Shown here one piece after another: positions 9,339 through 17,945 of a stretch of DNA of 64,000 bases. The stretch is taken from the NCBI GenBank assembly GCA_964396165.1, contig CAYNEF010000018.1, positions 436-64,435 on the forward strand. Direction: 5' to 3'. The stretch comes from an uncultured Pseudobdellovibrionaceae bacterium. Its GTDB lineage: Bacteria > Bdellovibrionota > FAC87 > UBA2466. The notes under the pieces were generated by a model that was not told where the DNA came from, ran no database searches, and saw only the letters and a program-made list of their open reading frames with translations. The translations under genes were made by a program, and so were the position numbers. The first letter of the stretch is position 1, and each line of letters begins with the position of its first letter.

Positions 9339-10295
9339 TTATATTGAGCTAGATAATACCTCTTCTAACTTATCAAAGGATCCGGTCCAACCTTGTGTCA
9401 TGCCGCCCTTTGCTTTGATAAACGTTTCGAGTTCTTCGGCCGTAGTATTGCCATAAGGTTCCCAGCACACGGTAACGCGTGTTTGGTCCGGGCCTTCTGC
9501 GGTAAATTTTATGGTAGTTAACATCGTTGCAGGCCAGGTTGGGGCAAGGGGATGGCGAGACATTTTTTCATTCTCGTCGCAAAACTGTTGCGTGTACACA
9601 AGCTCGTCCACACCGTTCATTTTCAAATATTCCGCTTTTGCATACATTTTTAAGTCACCATTGCCACTCACGCAGTAAAATGTCGCGCCGCCTGGTTTAA
9701 AGTCTGCACGAATAAATTCCATATTCATTCCGGTAGGGGTCAGCCATTTTTTTAAGTGCTCAGGTTTTGTCCACATTTCGTACATAAGTTTTAACGGAGC
9801 ATCGAAAGTGCGGTTAATATAAAATTGTTCTTTACCCGCAGTTTCCTTGCTCAAATATTCCGCAAGCCGATCCCAAGTCGCATTGCCCCCGGCCTTTTTG
9901 ATAAATTTCTTTGTTTCTTCCGCGGCTTCTGGTGTCGCAAGCGCCATCGTCATATCCATTGTAGTTTTGCCATTTTTCTCTGCAAAATTGACGGTCACGC
10001 GAAAGAGTGGAGGTCTGTCATCATAGCCACCGTGATCGTAAACCAAGCGCGAATACTTTTCGACTTCGTAGTACAGAGTTTTATTAGGGTAATCCGTGCC
10101 GTCAGGACCATGCATCGTATAATGCCAACTACCGCCGACTCTTAAATCTTTACTGTGCGTCGTGATTGTAAATCCACGCGGTCCCCACCACTGCGCAGCT
10201 TGCGCGGGATCGGTCCAGGCATCCCAAACTGCTTTCACTGGGGCATCGTAAACACGAGTGATTTGAATTTCATTGGATTTACTTTTTTTACTCAT
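9339..10295 (-). CDS. Tandem SRPBCC / AHSA1-like (activator of Hsp90 ATPase homolog) domain protein
   Basis: Two repeats of the AHSA1/SRPBCC pattern are present (VYDAPVKAVWDAWTDP...W and INRTFDAPLKLMYEMWTKPEHLKKW). The gene overlaps the upstream ArsR gene by 4 bp. Confidence 0.7.
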   Translation of the reverse strand: MSKKSKSNEIQITRVYDAPVKAVWDAWTDPAQAAQWWGPRGFTITTHSKDLRVGGSWHYTMHGPDGTDYPNKTLYYEVEKYSRLVYDHGGYDDRPPLFRVTVNFAEKNGKTTMDMTMALATPEAAEETKKFIKKAGGNATWDRLAEYLSKETAGKEQFYINRTFDAPLKLMYEMWTKPEHLKKWLTPTGMNMEFIRADFKPGGATFYCVSGNGDLKMYAKAEYLKMNGVDELVYTQQFCDENEKMSRHPLAPTWPATMLTTIKFTAEGPDQTRVTVCWEPYGNTTAEELETFIKAKGGMTQGWTGSFDKLEEVLSSSI

Positions 10296-10645
10296 GGCTT
10301 TCTCACCTTTTTTTTCTTTTTTGAAGTTACCGTCTTTAAATAGGCATCCAACCTATCAAAACTCTGTTCCCAGAACTCCCTGTACTCTTCCATCCAGTTG
10401 GAAGCTATTTTCAATGGAGCGCCGTTTATTTTGCAGGGTCTCCACTGTGCTTCCCTGCTCTTTGTGATCAATCCTGCTTTTTCTAAAACTTTTAAATGTT
10501 TGGTAATGGCAGGAAGACTCATTTCTTTCAAAAAAGGTTCCGCAAGTGCTGAGACATTTGCTTCTCCTTTCGAAAGACGTGCGAGCATTGCTCGTCGGGT
10601 AGGGTCGGCTAGTGCAGCGAAAGTTTGGCTTAAAGTGTCTGTCAT
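10292..10645 (-). CDS. ArsR/SmtB family transcriptional regulator
   Basis: The winged helix-turn-helix (HTH) is ALADPTRRAMLARLSKGEANVSALAEPF...SLPAITKHLKVLEKAGLI. ArsR-AHSA1 pairs are a common operon arrangement. Confidence 0.8.
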   Translation of the reverse strand: MTDTLSQTFAALADPTRRAMLARLSKGEANVSALAEPFLKEMSLPAITKHLKVLEKAGLITKSREAQWRPCKINGAPLKIASNWMEEYREFWEQSFDRLDAYLKTVTSKKKKKVRKP

Positions 10646-10650
10646 AATTT

Positions 10651-10676
10651 ACCTATTGGTTAATTAACCAATAGGT
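10651..10676. promoter_or_regulatory. Perfect 26-bp palindrome (ACCTATTGGTTAATTAACCAATAGGT), candidate ArsR-family operator
   Basis: The palindrome is read directly from the sequence. It begins 6 bp upstream of the ArsR start codon on the minus strand. ArsR/SmtB repressors bind 12-2-12-type inverted repeats in their own promoters. Confidence 0.55.
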
Positions 10677-10782
10677 TTAATATAAAGATATTTAATAAAA
10701 GAGTCAATACCACCTTGGATTAGCCCGCCTAAGTATCTAAATCTATTTGTAGAAAGCGAGCTCAAATGCTATTGCCTAGAGC

Positions 10783-11334
10783 ATGAATAGTAATACCTGT
10801 GAGCTTTGCTCATCTGAAACCAATGTCACTTCTTTTAATCTGCCAAAGCAGAAATCAAATACTTTGAGCAGTGAACTAAACATTTGCGGTAAATGTCAGG
10901 AGCAAATGTCACATCCTCTAGGGGATGTGAACCATTGGCGCGCACTAAATGAAAATATATGGACAGAGAATGCAGCAGTTAAAGTAATCGCCTGGCGAGT
11001 CCTTAATAAACTCTCTACAGAAGGTTGGGCTCAAGATTTGCTCACTCAATTGGATTTGGATGAGGAAACACTGGAATGGGCAAAAGAAGAACTTTCTGAA
11101 AGCGCGGGTGCGTCCTCTCAAGTAGAAACACGGGATAGTAATGGAACGGTCTTAAAACAAGGAGATTCGGTCACTTTGATAAAAGACTTGGAAGTCAAAG
11201 GCGCTGGCTTCACGGCTAAAAGAGGAACCTTGGTAAAAAACATTGCTCTCACTGAGGATCCAGGGCTGATTGAAGGCAAAGTGAACGGCACACAAATCGT
11301 GTTAAAAACCATATTCCTTAAAAAAGCGATTTAG
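10783..11334 (+). CDS. phnA: PhnA/YjdC family protein (alkylphosphonate utilization protein PhnA-like)
   Basis: The N-terminus is a Cys-pair zinc ribbon (CELC...CGKC). The C-terminus DSNGTVLKQGDSVTLIKDLEVKGAGFTAKRGTLVKNIALTEDPGLIEGKVNGTQIVLKTIFLKK matches the PhnA family. Confidence 0.7.
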   Translation: MNSNTCELCSSETNVTSFNLPKQKSNTLSSELNICGKCQEQMSHPLGDVNHWRALNENIWTENAAVKVIAWRVLNKLSTEGWAQDLLTQLDLDEETLEWAKEELSESAGASSQVETRDSNGTVLKQGDSVTLIKDLEVKGAGFTAKRGTLVKNIALTEDPGLIEGKVNGTQIVLKTIFLKKAI

Positions 11335-11464
11335 CCCTTAATCAGGTGCATTGCGTTAGATAAATAGGCGTAATGTGCTGTTTCTCTTTACTCTCCCTCA
11401 TAAATAGCATACTAGTATCCTCGGACGGCACAATGCCGCCCATTATTGTTAAGTGAGAATATAA

Positions 11465-11662
11465 ATGACAACAGGTACAGTTAAATTTTTCAACGCGAGT
11501 AAGGGATTCGGTTTCATTACTCCAGACGACGGTAGCAAAGACGTATTCGTACATGCGAACGATCTTAACGGCGCCGTTTTGAACGAAGGAACAAAAGTCG
11601 AATTCGAAATTGTTCCAGGTAAAAAAGGTCCTCAAGCTAGTAACGTACGCGTTACTGCCTAA
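11465..11662 (+). CDS. cspA: Cold-shock protein (CspA family)
   Basis: The sequence [34 protein letters not shown] carries the RNP1/RNP2 motifs. The protein is 65 aa and has a long (about 130 nt) 5' leader. Confidence 0.9.
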   Translation: MTTGTVKFFNASKGFGFITPDDGSKDVFVHANDLNGAVLNEGTKVEFEIVPGKKGPQASNVRVTA

Positions 11663-11731
11663 GCCCAATTTAAACCAAAATTTTTGATTTTATAATAGCA
11701 CTGGCAGTGGGAGTGATCTTCTCTGCTTGTG

Positions 11732-13045
11732 CTAAAAAGAATTTCCTAGTTCTATGAAGACAGCCTTGCGCTCTTCATTCATTGCCCAATCTGCTCTAAT
11801 CACAAAACGTTTATTCCACAAAATTCTTAAACCAAGCCCTGTCGATGCATGCAACTTTCCAAAGTAAAAGGGATTGAGAGTTCCCCATACTCGTCCAAAA
11901 TCCACAAAGGGTACTACACCAAAAATAAAATCCTGGCCTGCGTACGAAACCTTGTATGGATCCCATCTCAATTCCCAGCCAAAAAACAAACGGTACTTAT
12001 CAATAAAACGGTTTCCCTCATACCCTCTCACGTATCTGTCGCCCCCTAACCCCAAAGTCGAATCACTGCCACCGACACTGCCCATTTCGAAAAAGGGCAC
12101 GTCTCCTGCGACTACTTCACAAAGAGCACGGTGAGCTAAAACTAATTTCGGATGCAAAGGCACATAGACTCTGAATGTGTAAGTGTAACGTTGGTAATTG
12201 TATGTGGTGCCTAGCCAGGGAGAATACCAATACACAAACAATTCATTGAACGTACCCTTCGTCGGATACGGTTCGAAATCCAAAGTGTCTCGCACTAAAG
12301 CGAAACCGAAATAATTAGTTTTGCCGCCGAACTCGCCGGATGGATGCTCTTTTTGCAATAAACTATTTTCAGGAACAGTTACGTCAGTCCACTTAAGACC
12401 AATGATGGGACCCATGCGATAAATTTTATTGTGGTAGCGCATGAAAGAGAATTGGACGGAGGGTCCGCTTCTCGTATTGCCATAATAATCACTATCATCT
12501 TGTTTATGATCAATGACCGTGTCATTTCCAATTCCGTAATACTTAAAAGAAATATCTCTGTTGTAGGCAATTCTGCCGGTAAAGCGGTATTGATCATTGA
12601 ATAAATAAGGGATGTCTAAACCGATGAAATGTTTATACCTGCCTTCATCACTTGCGAGCACTTGACCTGAGATTTCGATCTTATGCGGATCTTGTCTCAT
12701 AATGTTGTGCATCTTTGCGTGTAAGCCAATGTGAAAACCATTGGAGGAAGTGGGAAACAAAAGTGGAATCCCTTGAATCGTCCAGGGCTCGCCCCACAAG
12801 GTAAATCCCTTACGGCTCACCACACGATCAATTCTATTCACAACTTCTGTCGAAAAAGTTTCCAAATCTTTTCCCACATTTTTTTTATTTTGCATCTTTA
12901 CGGTTTCATCTTCGATTACAAGACTGGGAACCGTATTTTTTTTTCTTTTTTCCAACGACTTGGGTTCTGGAAAATCAGGGAGCTCGGCTTTAAGTGGCAA
13001 GGCGAGGTTTAGCACGCATAAAATGAGAAGACTAAGTCGTGACAC
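11732..13045 (-). CDS. Outer-membrane beta-barrel protein (Omp85/surface-antigen-like, family uncertain)
   Basis: The signal peptide is LSLLILCVLNLALPLKA. The protein has an aromatic-rich alternating pattern and a C-terminal F (IELGNSF), typical of outer-membrane beta-barrels. Confidence 0.55.
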   Translation of the reverse strand: MSRLSLLILCVLNLALPLKAELPDFPEPKSLEKRKKNTVPSLVIEDETVKMQNKKNVGKDLETFSTEVVNRIDRVVSRKGFTLWGEPWTIQGIPLLFPTSSNGFHIGLHAKMHNIMRQDPHKIEISGQVLASDEGRYKHFIGLDIPYLFNDQYRFTGRIAYNRDISFKYYGIGNDTVIDHKQDDSDYYGNTRSGPSVQFSFMRYHNKIYRMGPIIGLKWTDVTVPENSLLQKEHPSGEFGGKTNYFGFALVRDTLDFEPYPTKGTFNELFVYWYSPWLGTTYNYQRYTYTFRVYVPLHPKLVLAHRALCEVVAGDVPFFEMGSVGGSDSTLGLGGDRYVRGYEGNRFIDKYRLFFGWELRWDPYKVSYAGQDFIFGVVPFVDFGRVWGTLNPFYFGKLHASTGLGLRILWNKRFVIRADWAMNEERKAVFIELGNSF

Positions 13046-13108
13046 GATCCAATTATCTTACAGGTATACTGCGCGGGATTAAATTCGAATTTTAAGTGCG
13101 GCGCATTA

Positions 13109-13762
13109 TTACCATAGCAATAAGGCGAGACCTAATCCACCGAAGGGACCAGAAAGAGAGAAATTGCCATTCGAAAGATAATTAGTCGAAGCTGCTTGGG
13201 GTTGTCCGAAGTCCGCAAAGCGGTAACCACCTTCTATCAACAGAGCAAACGAGTTGTTTAGCTTGATTCCCAGCTTCAATCTCCCAGCATACCCATACTT
13301 CATCGGAGAAGTGCTGTAGGTTTGTGTCGTCGTACTTCTGACTTCTACACCTTGATTAAGTGGGTAATACGCAGATGCCATCAAAATCCAAAAAACTCTC
13401 GGGTTTCCCGTAACCCAACCCAGATCGGCGCCGATATTATCTATTTTCAACGTGTCTGTTTGTCCCACTCCGCTTAAGGTAAGTTGTCTTTGGCCAATCC
13501 AGTATTCGTAACGAGCTCCTAAATAAATATGGTTTAAGATCGTAACACCCAAACCTGCGTTTAAAGTGTAGGGGTTGGTGTATTTATGATCGTAATTTGC
13601 ACCACTCACCTGATCTGCGTAACTATTTGTAAAGTGGTAATCGGAAGAAACGAAAAACATCAATTTGCGCTGATTCAAGTTGCTTAACTTTGTTTTCGCA
13701 AAGCTTTCTTGTGAAATGCTTAAAGTCAAAACAAACACAACTAATCTTATGCAATGCTTCAT
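13109..13762 (-). CDS. Outer-membrane beta-barrel (porin/OmpW-like) protein
   Basis: There is a signal peptide, and amphipathic beta-strands ending in the C-terminal aromatic LLLW. The protein is 217 aa. Confidence 0.55.
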   Translation of the reverse strand: MKHCIRLVVFVLTLSISQESFAKTKLSNLNQRKLMFFVSSDYHFTNSYADQVSGANYDHKYTNPYTLNAGLGVTILNHIYLGARYEYWIGQRQLTLSGVGQTDTLKIDNIGADLGWVTGNPRVFWILMASAYYPLNQGVEVRSTTTQTYSTSPMKYGYAGRLKLGIKLNNSFALLIEGGYRFADFGQPQAASTNYLSNGNFSLSGPFGGLGLALLLW

Positions 13763-13871
13763 ATACGCTATTACTCACTACTCTATTCGGAATATTTAAG
13801 CGTGAGAGTGGTGCAGAGAATGTGAAACCATTGTGAAGAAAAGAACTTAATTGATAATTTTGGTGAGAAGC

Positions 13872-14321
13872 TTAATTCTTACAGCGTTTGCAGCAGAAAT
13901 TATCTACTGAAAGTGTGCCTGCTCCGCTAAATACAAGAGTTACTAACGCTACAATAATGAGAAATTCAGACATGCCGAGTAAATCTGTCAGAGTATGAAT
14001 GTCTTCTTTCTTTGCGGTTAGTATCGCAACTACCATGGTACCGATGAGAGGAATACTAGCGACTCGAGTGAGAAGACCTACTAATAACAAAGCGCCACAT
14101 ACTAGTTCCACCCCTGCGACAAAAGGGGCCTGAATCTGCGGAAAGGGAATTCCCAACTCAGTGAAATAGTCTACAATTTTTGGTAAATGCTGGAGCTTGC
14201 CCCATCCACTCTCGATAAAGACGAAACCAATTGCAATACGTGCAAGCAATCCCGGGAGCCAGTTTATTTTATTCAAAGCTGTTTGAATTTTTTCACATGT
14301 TACTTTGCACGTTGCATTCAT
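13872..14321 (-). CDS. DoxX family membrane protein
   Basis: LARIAIGFVFIESGWGKL is the DoxX signature. The protein has four predicted transmembrane segments and a C-terminal CCKRC. Confidence 0.7.
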   Translation of the reverse strand: MNATCKVTCEKIQTALNKINWLPGLLARIAIGFVFIESGWGKLQHLPKIVDYFTELGIPFPQIQAPFVAGVELVCGALLLVGLLTRVASIPLIGTMVVAILTAKKEDIHTLTDLLGMSEFLIIVALVTLVFSGAGTLSVDNFCCKRCKN

Positions 14322-14324
14322 GGT

Positions 14325-14558
14325 TCAGCTCTCTTCATCAGATAATTTAAGACTGCACTGCTTGTATATTACCACTTTTTCCCCTGAGGCATCCCACGAT
14401 TCGCAGCGGACAAAATTTCCACCACTATCACAATGTGATCCCAATCCATCAGCAGAACAGGTGATCGTAGTTCCATTAAAACAATAATGAGTGACAGTAC
14501 ATCTGTCCGGTACAACCGATAGCATCAAGCTTAGCAAAGCGATCATTGTGTCACGCAA
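14325..14558 (-). CDS. Small Cys-rich secreted hypothetical protein
   Basis: This 77 aa ORF has a signal peptide and 8 Cys. It overlaps the upstream Cys-rich gene by 16 bp in the same orientation. Confidence 0.35.
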   Translation of the reverse strand: MRDTMIALLSLMLSVVPDRCTVTHYCFNGTTITCSADGLGSHCDSGGNFVRCESWDASGEKVVIYKQCSLKLSDEES

Positions 14559-15340
14559 GCGTCGAGCGGTACGCTGTCCCCTAATGGATTTAACGTACTG
14601 ATTTCAGTGATCCGCCAGTAATTGCCGCCTTCGTGTACACAAATTTTTCCATTGTTCGCTTTTTGTGTAGCCAGTGTGCAAGATGCATAATCTGAGTAAA
14701 AACCCATCGTTTTTCCATCCGACACTCTGAAAGGAGTCCAGATATCCATTCCGTTTGAAGCACAAACTGTCAGCTCACGAGCAGCGGCAACAGCTCCAAT
14801 ACATTGTTGGAAATTTGCAGCTACTCCGAAAGAAATTCCATCAGCAATACGTGTGGGCTTCCAAAGATCCTGCAAAAAAGGAATACAAGTTGTTTCTTGA
14901 TTCATTACATTCGATGCAGTCAAACAAGACTGAAGCGTCGTATGCACACCCAATCTTTCCTCATCCTGAATCCTGGTCACATACCAAGATTCATTGCCAG
15001 TGGTCGTACAAACGACTTCTCCGAATACAGCATCAGCAACCGCACGGCACTTCTTCGCTGTTGTGAAACTTCCAAGTGTTTTTCCATCCGATCCTCTAGT
15101 GGGGAAAATCATACTGCCCTGACCGGTACATTTGATTTTTTTTGTGAGGCTGATACCGCCACAAACCTGCCCAATTTTAATTTGGTTTTCGGAGACTACT
15201 TCTGTAATTCCGTTGCGGCAGCTGACTTCATATAAGCCATCCGGACGGCGAAACATTCTTTCAATATCTTTCACATCGTCTAACGGGCTTGCTAATCCGA
15301 TTTGACTACCAAACAAAAGAGAAAGGCTTAGTAAAAACAT
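14543..15340 (-). CDS. Cys-rich secreted protein with an internal tandem duplication, hypothetical
   Basis: The signal peptide is MFLLSLSLLFGSQIGLA. Two homologous halves are visible: FPTRGSDGKTLGSFTT...VVCTTTGNESWYVTRI and TPFRVSDGKTMGFYSD...KICVHEGGNYWRITEI. The protein has 16 Cys in total. Confidence 0.55.
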   Translation of the reverse strand: MFLLSLSLLFGSQIGLASPLDDVKDIERMFRRPDGLYEVSCRNGITEVVSENQIKIGQVCGGISLTKKIKCTGQGSMIFPTRGSDGKTLGSFTTAKKCRAVADAVFGEVVCTTTGNESWYVTRIQDEERLGVHTTLQSCLTASNVMNQETTCIPFLQDLWKPTRIADGISFGVAANFQQCIGAVAAARELTVCASNGMDIWTPFRVSDGKTMGFYSDYASCTLATQKANNGKICVHEGGNYWRITEISTLNPLGDSVPLDACVTQ

Positions 15341-15403
15341 CTAGGGATCATTACTAAATCAACCCAAGATGTCATGACGCGCGAGGGATATTTGGAACAC
15401 CTT

Positions 15404-15847
15404 TTAGTACATTGCTCCAAAGGATGCGCCTGATTGCAGTTCACTCGTATTTCTATACGTTTTAGCGCTTTTGTCCCACTTCATTTTTAAGATATCTTTT
15501 CCCGTTAACCGCATAAACACTGCTATAGGTGTCACTAATAGAAAAAAGATAATACTTAGAATAATGCGTGTTTGTATCCAACCCAGCACGAGTCCAATCA
15601 CCATCCATCCTTGGTATAACCATTTTAAAGCGCGAGGGTAAACGAGACTGGGCACAAGAAACGCCGTTGCTGTAATCACAGTCCAAAGCCGTAAATCAGA
15701 TTTTTTAATGAGAACGGGCAATAACCCGAGCACAATTCCAAAAAAGGCAGCCATGATAAGACCAAAATTTCTGAGCTCCTTATTTTTGGCTTCACCGTGT
15801 TGGACAATTGCCTGTTTTAATCCCGACAAAGAAATACTGTCTACCAT
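15404..15847 (-). CDS. Small polytopic membrane protein (possible SxtJ-like partner of the carbamoyltransferase)
   Basis: This 147 aa ORF has 3 to 4 hydrophobic helices. It lies 8 bp downstream of the carbamoyltransferase on the same strand. SxtJ/SxtK-like small membrane proteins commonly accompany orphan NodU-type carbamoyltransferases. Confidence 0.45.
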   Translation of the reverse strand: MVDSISLSGLKQAIVQHGEAKNKELRNFGLIMAAFFGIVLGLLPVLIKKSDLRLWTVITATAFLVPSLVYPRALKWLYQGWMVIGLVLGWIQTRIILSIIFFLLVTPIAVFMRLTGKDILKMKWDKSAKTYRNTSELQSGASFGAMY

Positions 15848-15855
15848 AGAGCTCC

Positions 15856-17691
15856 CTAATCTAATTCAAATTCTGTTTTCCAGGCCTCGTCTTGTTCAGA
15901 AACCGGTTGCTTTGTTTTATCCAAGACGAAATCTCCCAAGACAAGAGTGTCCATATCGGTTCGCATGAAACAGCGATAAGCATCTTCAGGCGAACACACG
16001 ATGGGTTCTCCCCGTACATTAAACGATGTGTTTACAATGACAGGCACACCCGTTTTTTTCTCGAAAGACTTGATCAACTTATAGTAATTCGGGTTCACCT
16101 TGTCTCGGATAGTTTGAACACGTGCAGAGTAATCCACGTGTGTCACTGCCGGGATATCAGAGCGCTTTGTATTTAATAGTTCAATTCCAAAAAGTTTTTT
16201 TTCCTCTGTACTCAGTTCCACATGTCTGGATTTATTCACAGGAGCAACAAGGAGCATGTAGGGGCTATCACAATCCATCTCAAAGTACTCGGATACTTTT
16301 TCTCTTAAAACAGAAGGGGCAAACGGTCTAAAGCTTTCTCTGAACTTAATCTTTAGATTCATCACGGACTGCATTTTTTGAGAGCGCGCATCTCCAATGA
16401 TACTTCTATTTCCCAGTGCCCGAGGACCAAATTCCATTCTTCCCTGAAACCATCCGATTACTTTTTCATGCGCTAGATCATCTGCAACTCTGTCAAAAAC
16501 TTTTCCATCACCAAAAAAATCATAGGGAATTTTTGCCTTATCTAAATATTCACGAATCGCATCATTCGAATACTCTGGCCCCAAATACGAACCAGACATG
16601 GAATCAGGATCTGCATCGACTGAGCGAACAGCGCGATGAGATTGGTAGTGGTATGCTAAAGCTGCACCTAATGCCCCGCCTGCATCTCCGGCGGCAGGTT
16701 GTATCCAGATATTTTTAAACGGTCCTTCGCGAAGCAGTCTGCCATTCGCAACACAATTCAGTGCTACGCCACCTGCAAGACAAAGGTTTTCCAATCCCGT
16801 TTCTTTTTGGAGAGATCGCGCAATCTTCAAAACAATTTCTTCTGTCACTTCTTGAACAGAGCGGGCAAGATCCATTTCCTTTTGGCCTACTTGCGATTCG
16901 CGAGCTCTTGGTGGGCCGCCAAAAAGAGCGTCAAACTTCTCATTCGTCATCTTCAAACCGGTATGGTAATCGAAATAATCCATATTCAGTTTGAACGTAC
17001 CGTCTTCTTTGACATCAATCAGGTGATCATAAATTTGTTTTACGTAAACAGGCTTGCCGTAAGGAGCAAGTCCCATCACTTTGTACTCTCCTGAATTTAC
17101 TTTAAAGCCCGTATAATAGGTAAATGCCGAGTAAAGCAGTCCCAAAGAATGTGGAAAGCGGATGTCCCATAGAGGAGTCAGTGTATTTGCCTCGCCCTTC
17201 CACGCGGTGGTCGTAGCCCACTCGCCCACCCCATCCAAACAAAGAACGGCACTTTTCTCAAAAGGGCTCGGAAAGAAAGCAGAAGCTGCATGAGAAAGGT
17301 GGTGTTCGGAAAAAGTGATTTGAGGAATATTTTTTCCGTATTCCTTTTCCAATTCTTTTACAATGGTACTTTTTAAAAAAAGTTTTTCTTTGATCCACAA
17401 CGGCATGGCTTTTAAAAAAGAATTAAGCCCTTTTGGCGCTGTCGCAAGATAGGTTTCTAAAAGCCGTTCAAATTTTACGAATGGCTTTTCATAAAAAACA
17501 ATCGTATCAAAATCGGAAAGTTTGATGCCTGCGTGCTGAAGGCAATAACGAATCGAATGCACTGGAAAGCGGTGATCGTGTTTTTTTCTGGTGAAACGTT
17601 CTTCCTGGACAGCGGCAATTATCTTTCCTTCTTTGAGCAGACATGCAGCACTGTCGTGGTAATACGCTGATATTCCTAAAAGATAACCCAA
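15856..17691 (-). CDS. Carbamoyltransferase (NodU/CmcH/NovN family)
   Basis: The N-terminus MGYLLGISAYYHDSAACLLKEGKIIAAVQEERFTRKKHD is the carbamoyltransferase N-domain (ASKHA-like). A YrdC/HypF-like C-domain follows. The protein is 611 aa. Confidence 0.85.
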   Translation of the reverse strand: MGYLLGISAYYHDSAACLLKEGKIIAAVQEERFTRKKHDHRFPVHSIRYCLQHAGIKLSDFDTIVFYEKPFVKFERLLETYLATAPKGLNSFLKAMPLWIKEKLFLKSTIVKELEKEYGKNIPQITFSEHHLSHAASAFFPSPFEKSAVLCLDGVGEWATTTAWKGEANTLTPLWDIRFPHSLGLLYSAFTYYTGFKVNSGEYKVMGLAPYGKPVYVKQIYDHLIDVKEDGTFKLNMDYFDYHTGLKMTNEKFDALFGGPPRARESQVGQKEMDLARSVQEVTEEIVLKIARSLQKETGLENLCLAGGVALNCVANGRLLREGPFKNIWIQPAAGDAGGALGAALAYHYQSHRAVRSVDADPDSMSGSYLGPEYSNDAIREYLDKAKIPYDFFGDGKVFDRVADDLAHEKVIGWFQGRMEFGPRALGNRSIIGDARSQKMQSVMNLKIKFRESFRPFAPSVLREKVSEYFEMDCDSPYMLLVAPVNKSRHVELSTEEKKLFGIELLNTKRSDIPAVTHVDYSARVQTIRDKVNPNYYKLIKSFEKKTGVPVIVNTSFNVRGEPIVCSPEDAYRCFMRTDMDTLVLGDFVLDKTKQPVSEQDEAWKTEFELD

Positions 17692-17945
17692 AGTTCCCCC
17701 AGGTTTGTTTGACTTAAGGGATTGTAGATTGAGTTATACAATCGGGCAAGAACTACACGCTTACGACCCGTTGCATTACGCAATATCTCTCTTTATACAT
17801 TCAGAAAGTTTGCCGATAGAGGAAGCGTGAAAAGAATTTATCTCTTAGCTTTTATTCTTCTTTCGCTCCATTTGATCCACACGTGGTCGAAAGAGAGAAA
17901 AAACGCGCATTCTCTTTCTTCTGACGAAATCGTCAAAGCAACGAA

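Noticed and set aside
11342-11668. A 108 aa minus-strand ORF covering the cspA gene and its leader.
   Set aside because: It is antisense to an unmistakable cold-shock protein gene and has no signal, domain or Shine-Dalgarno sequence, so it is a shadow ORF.
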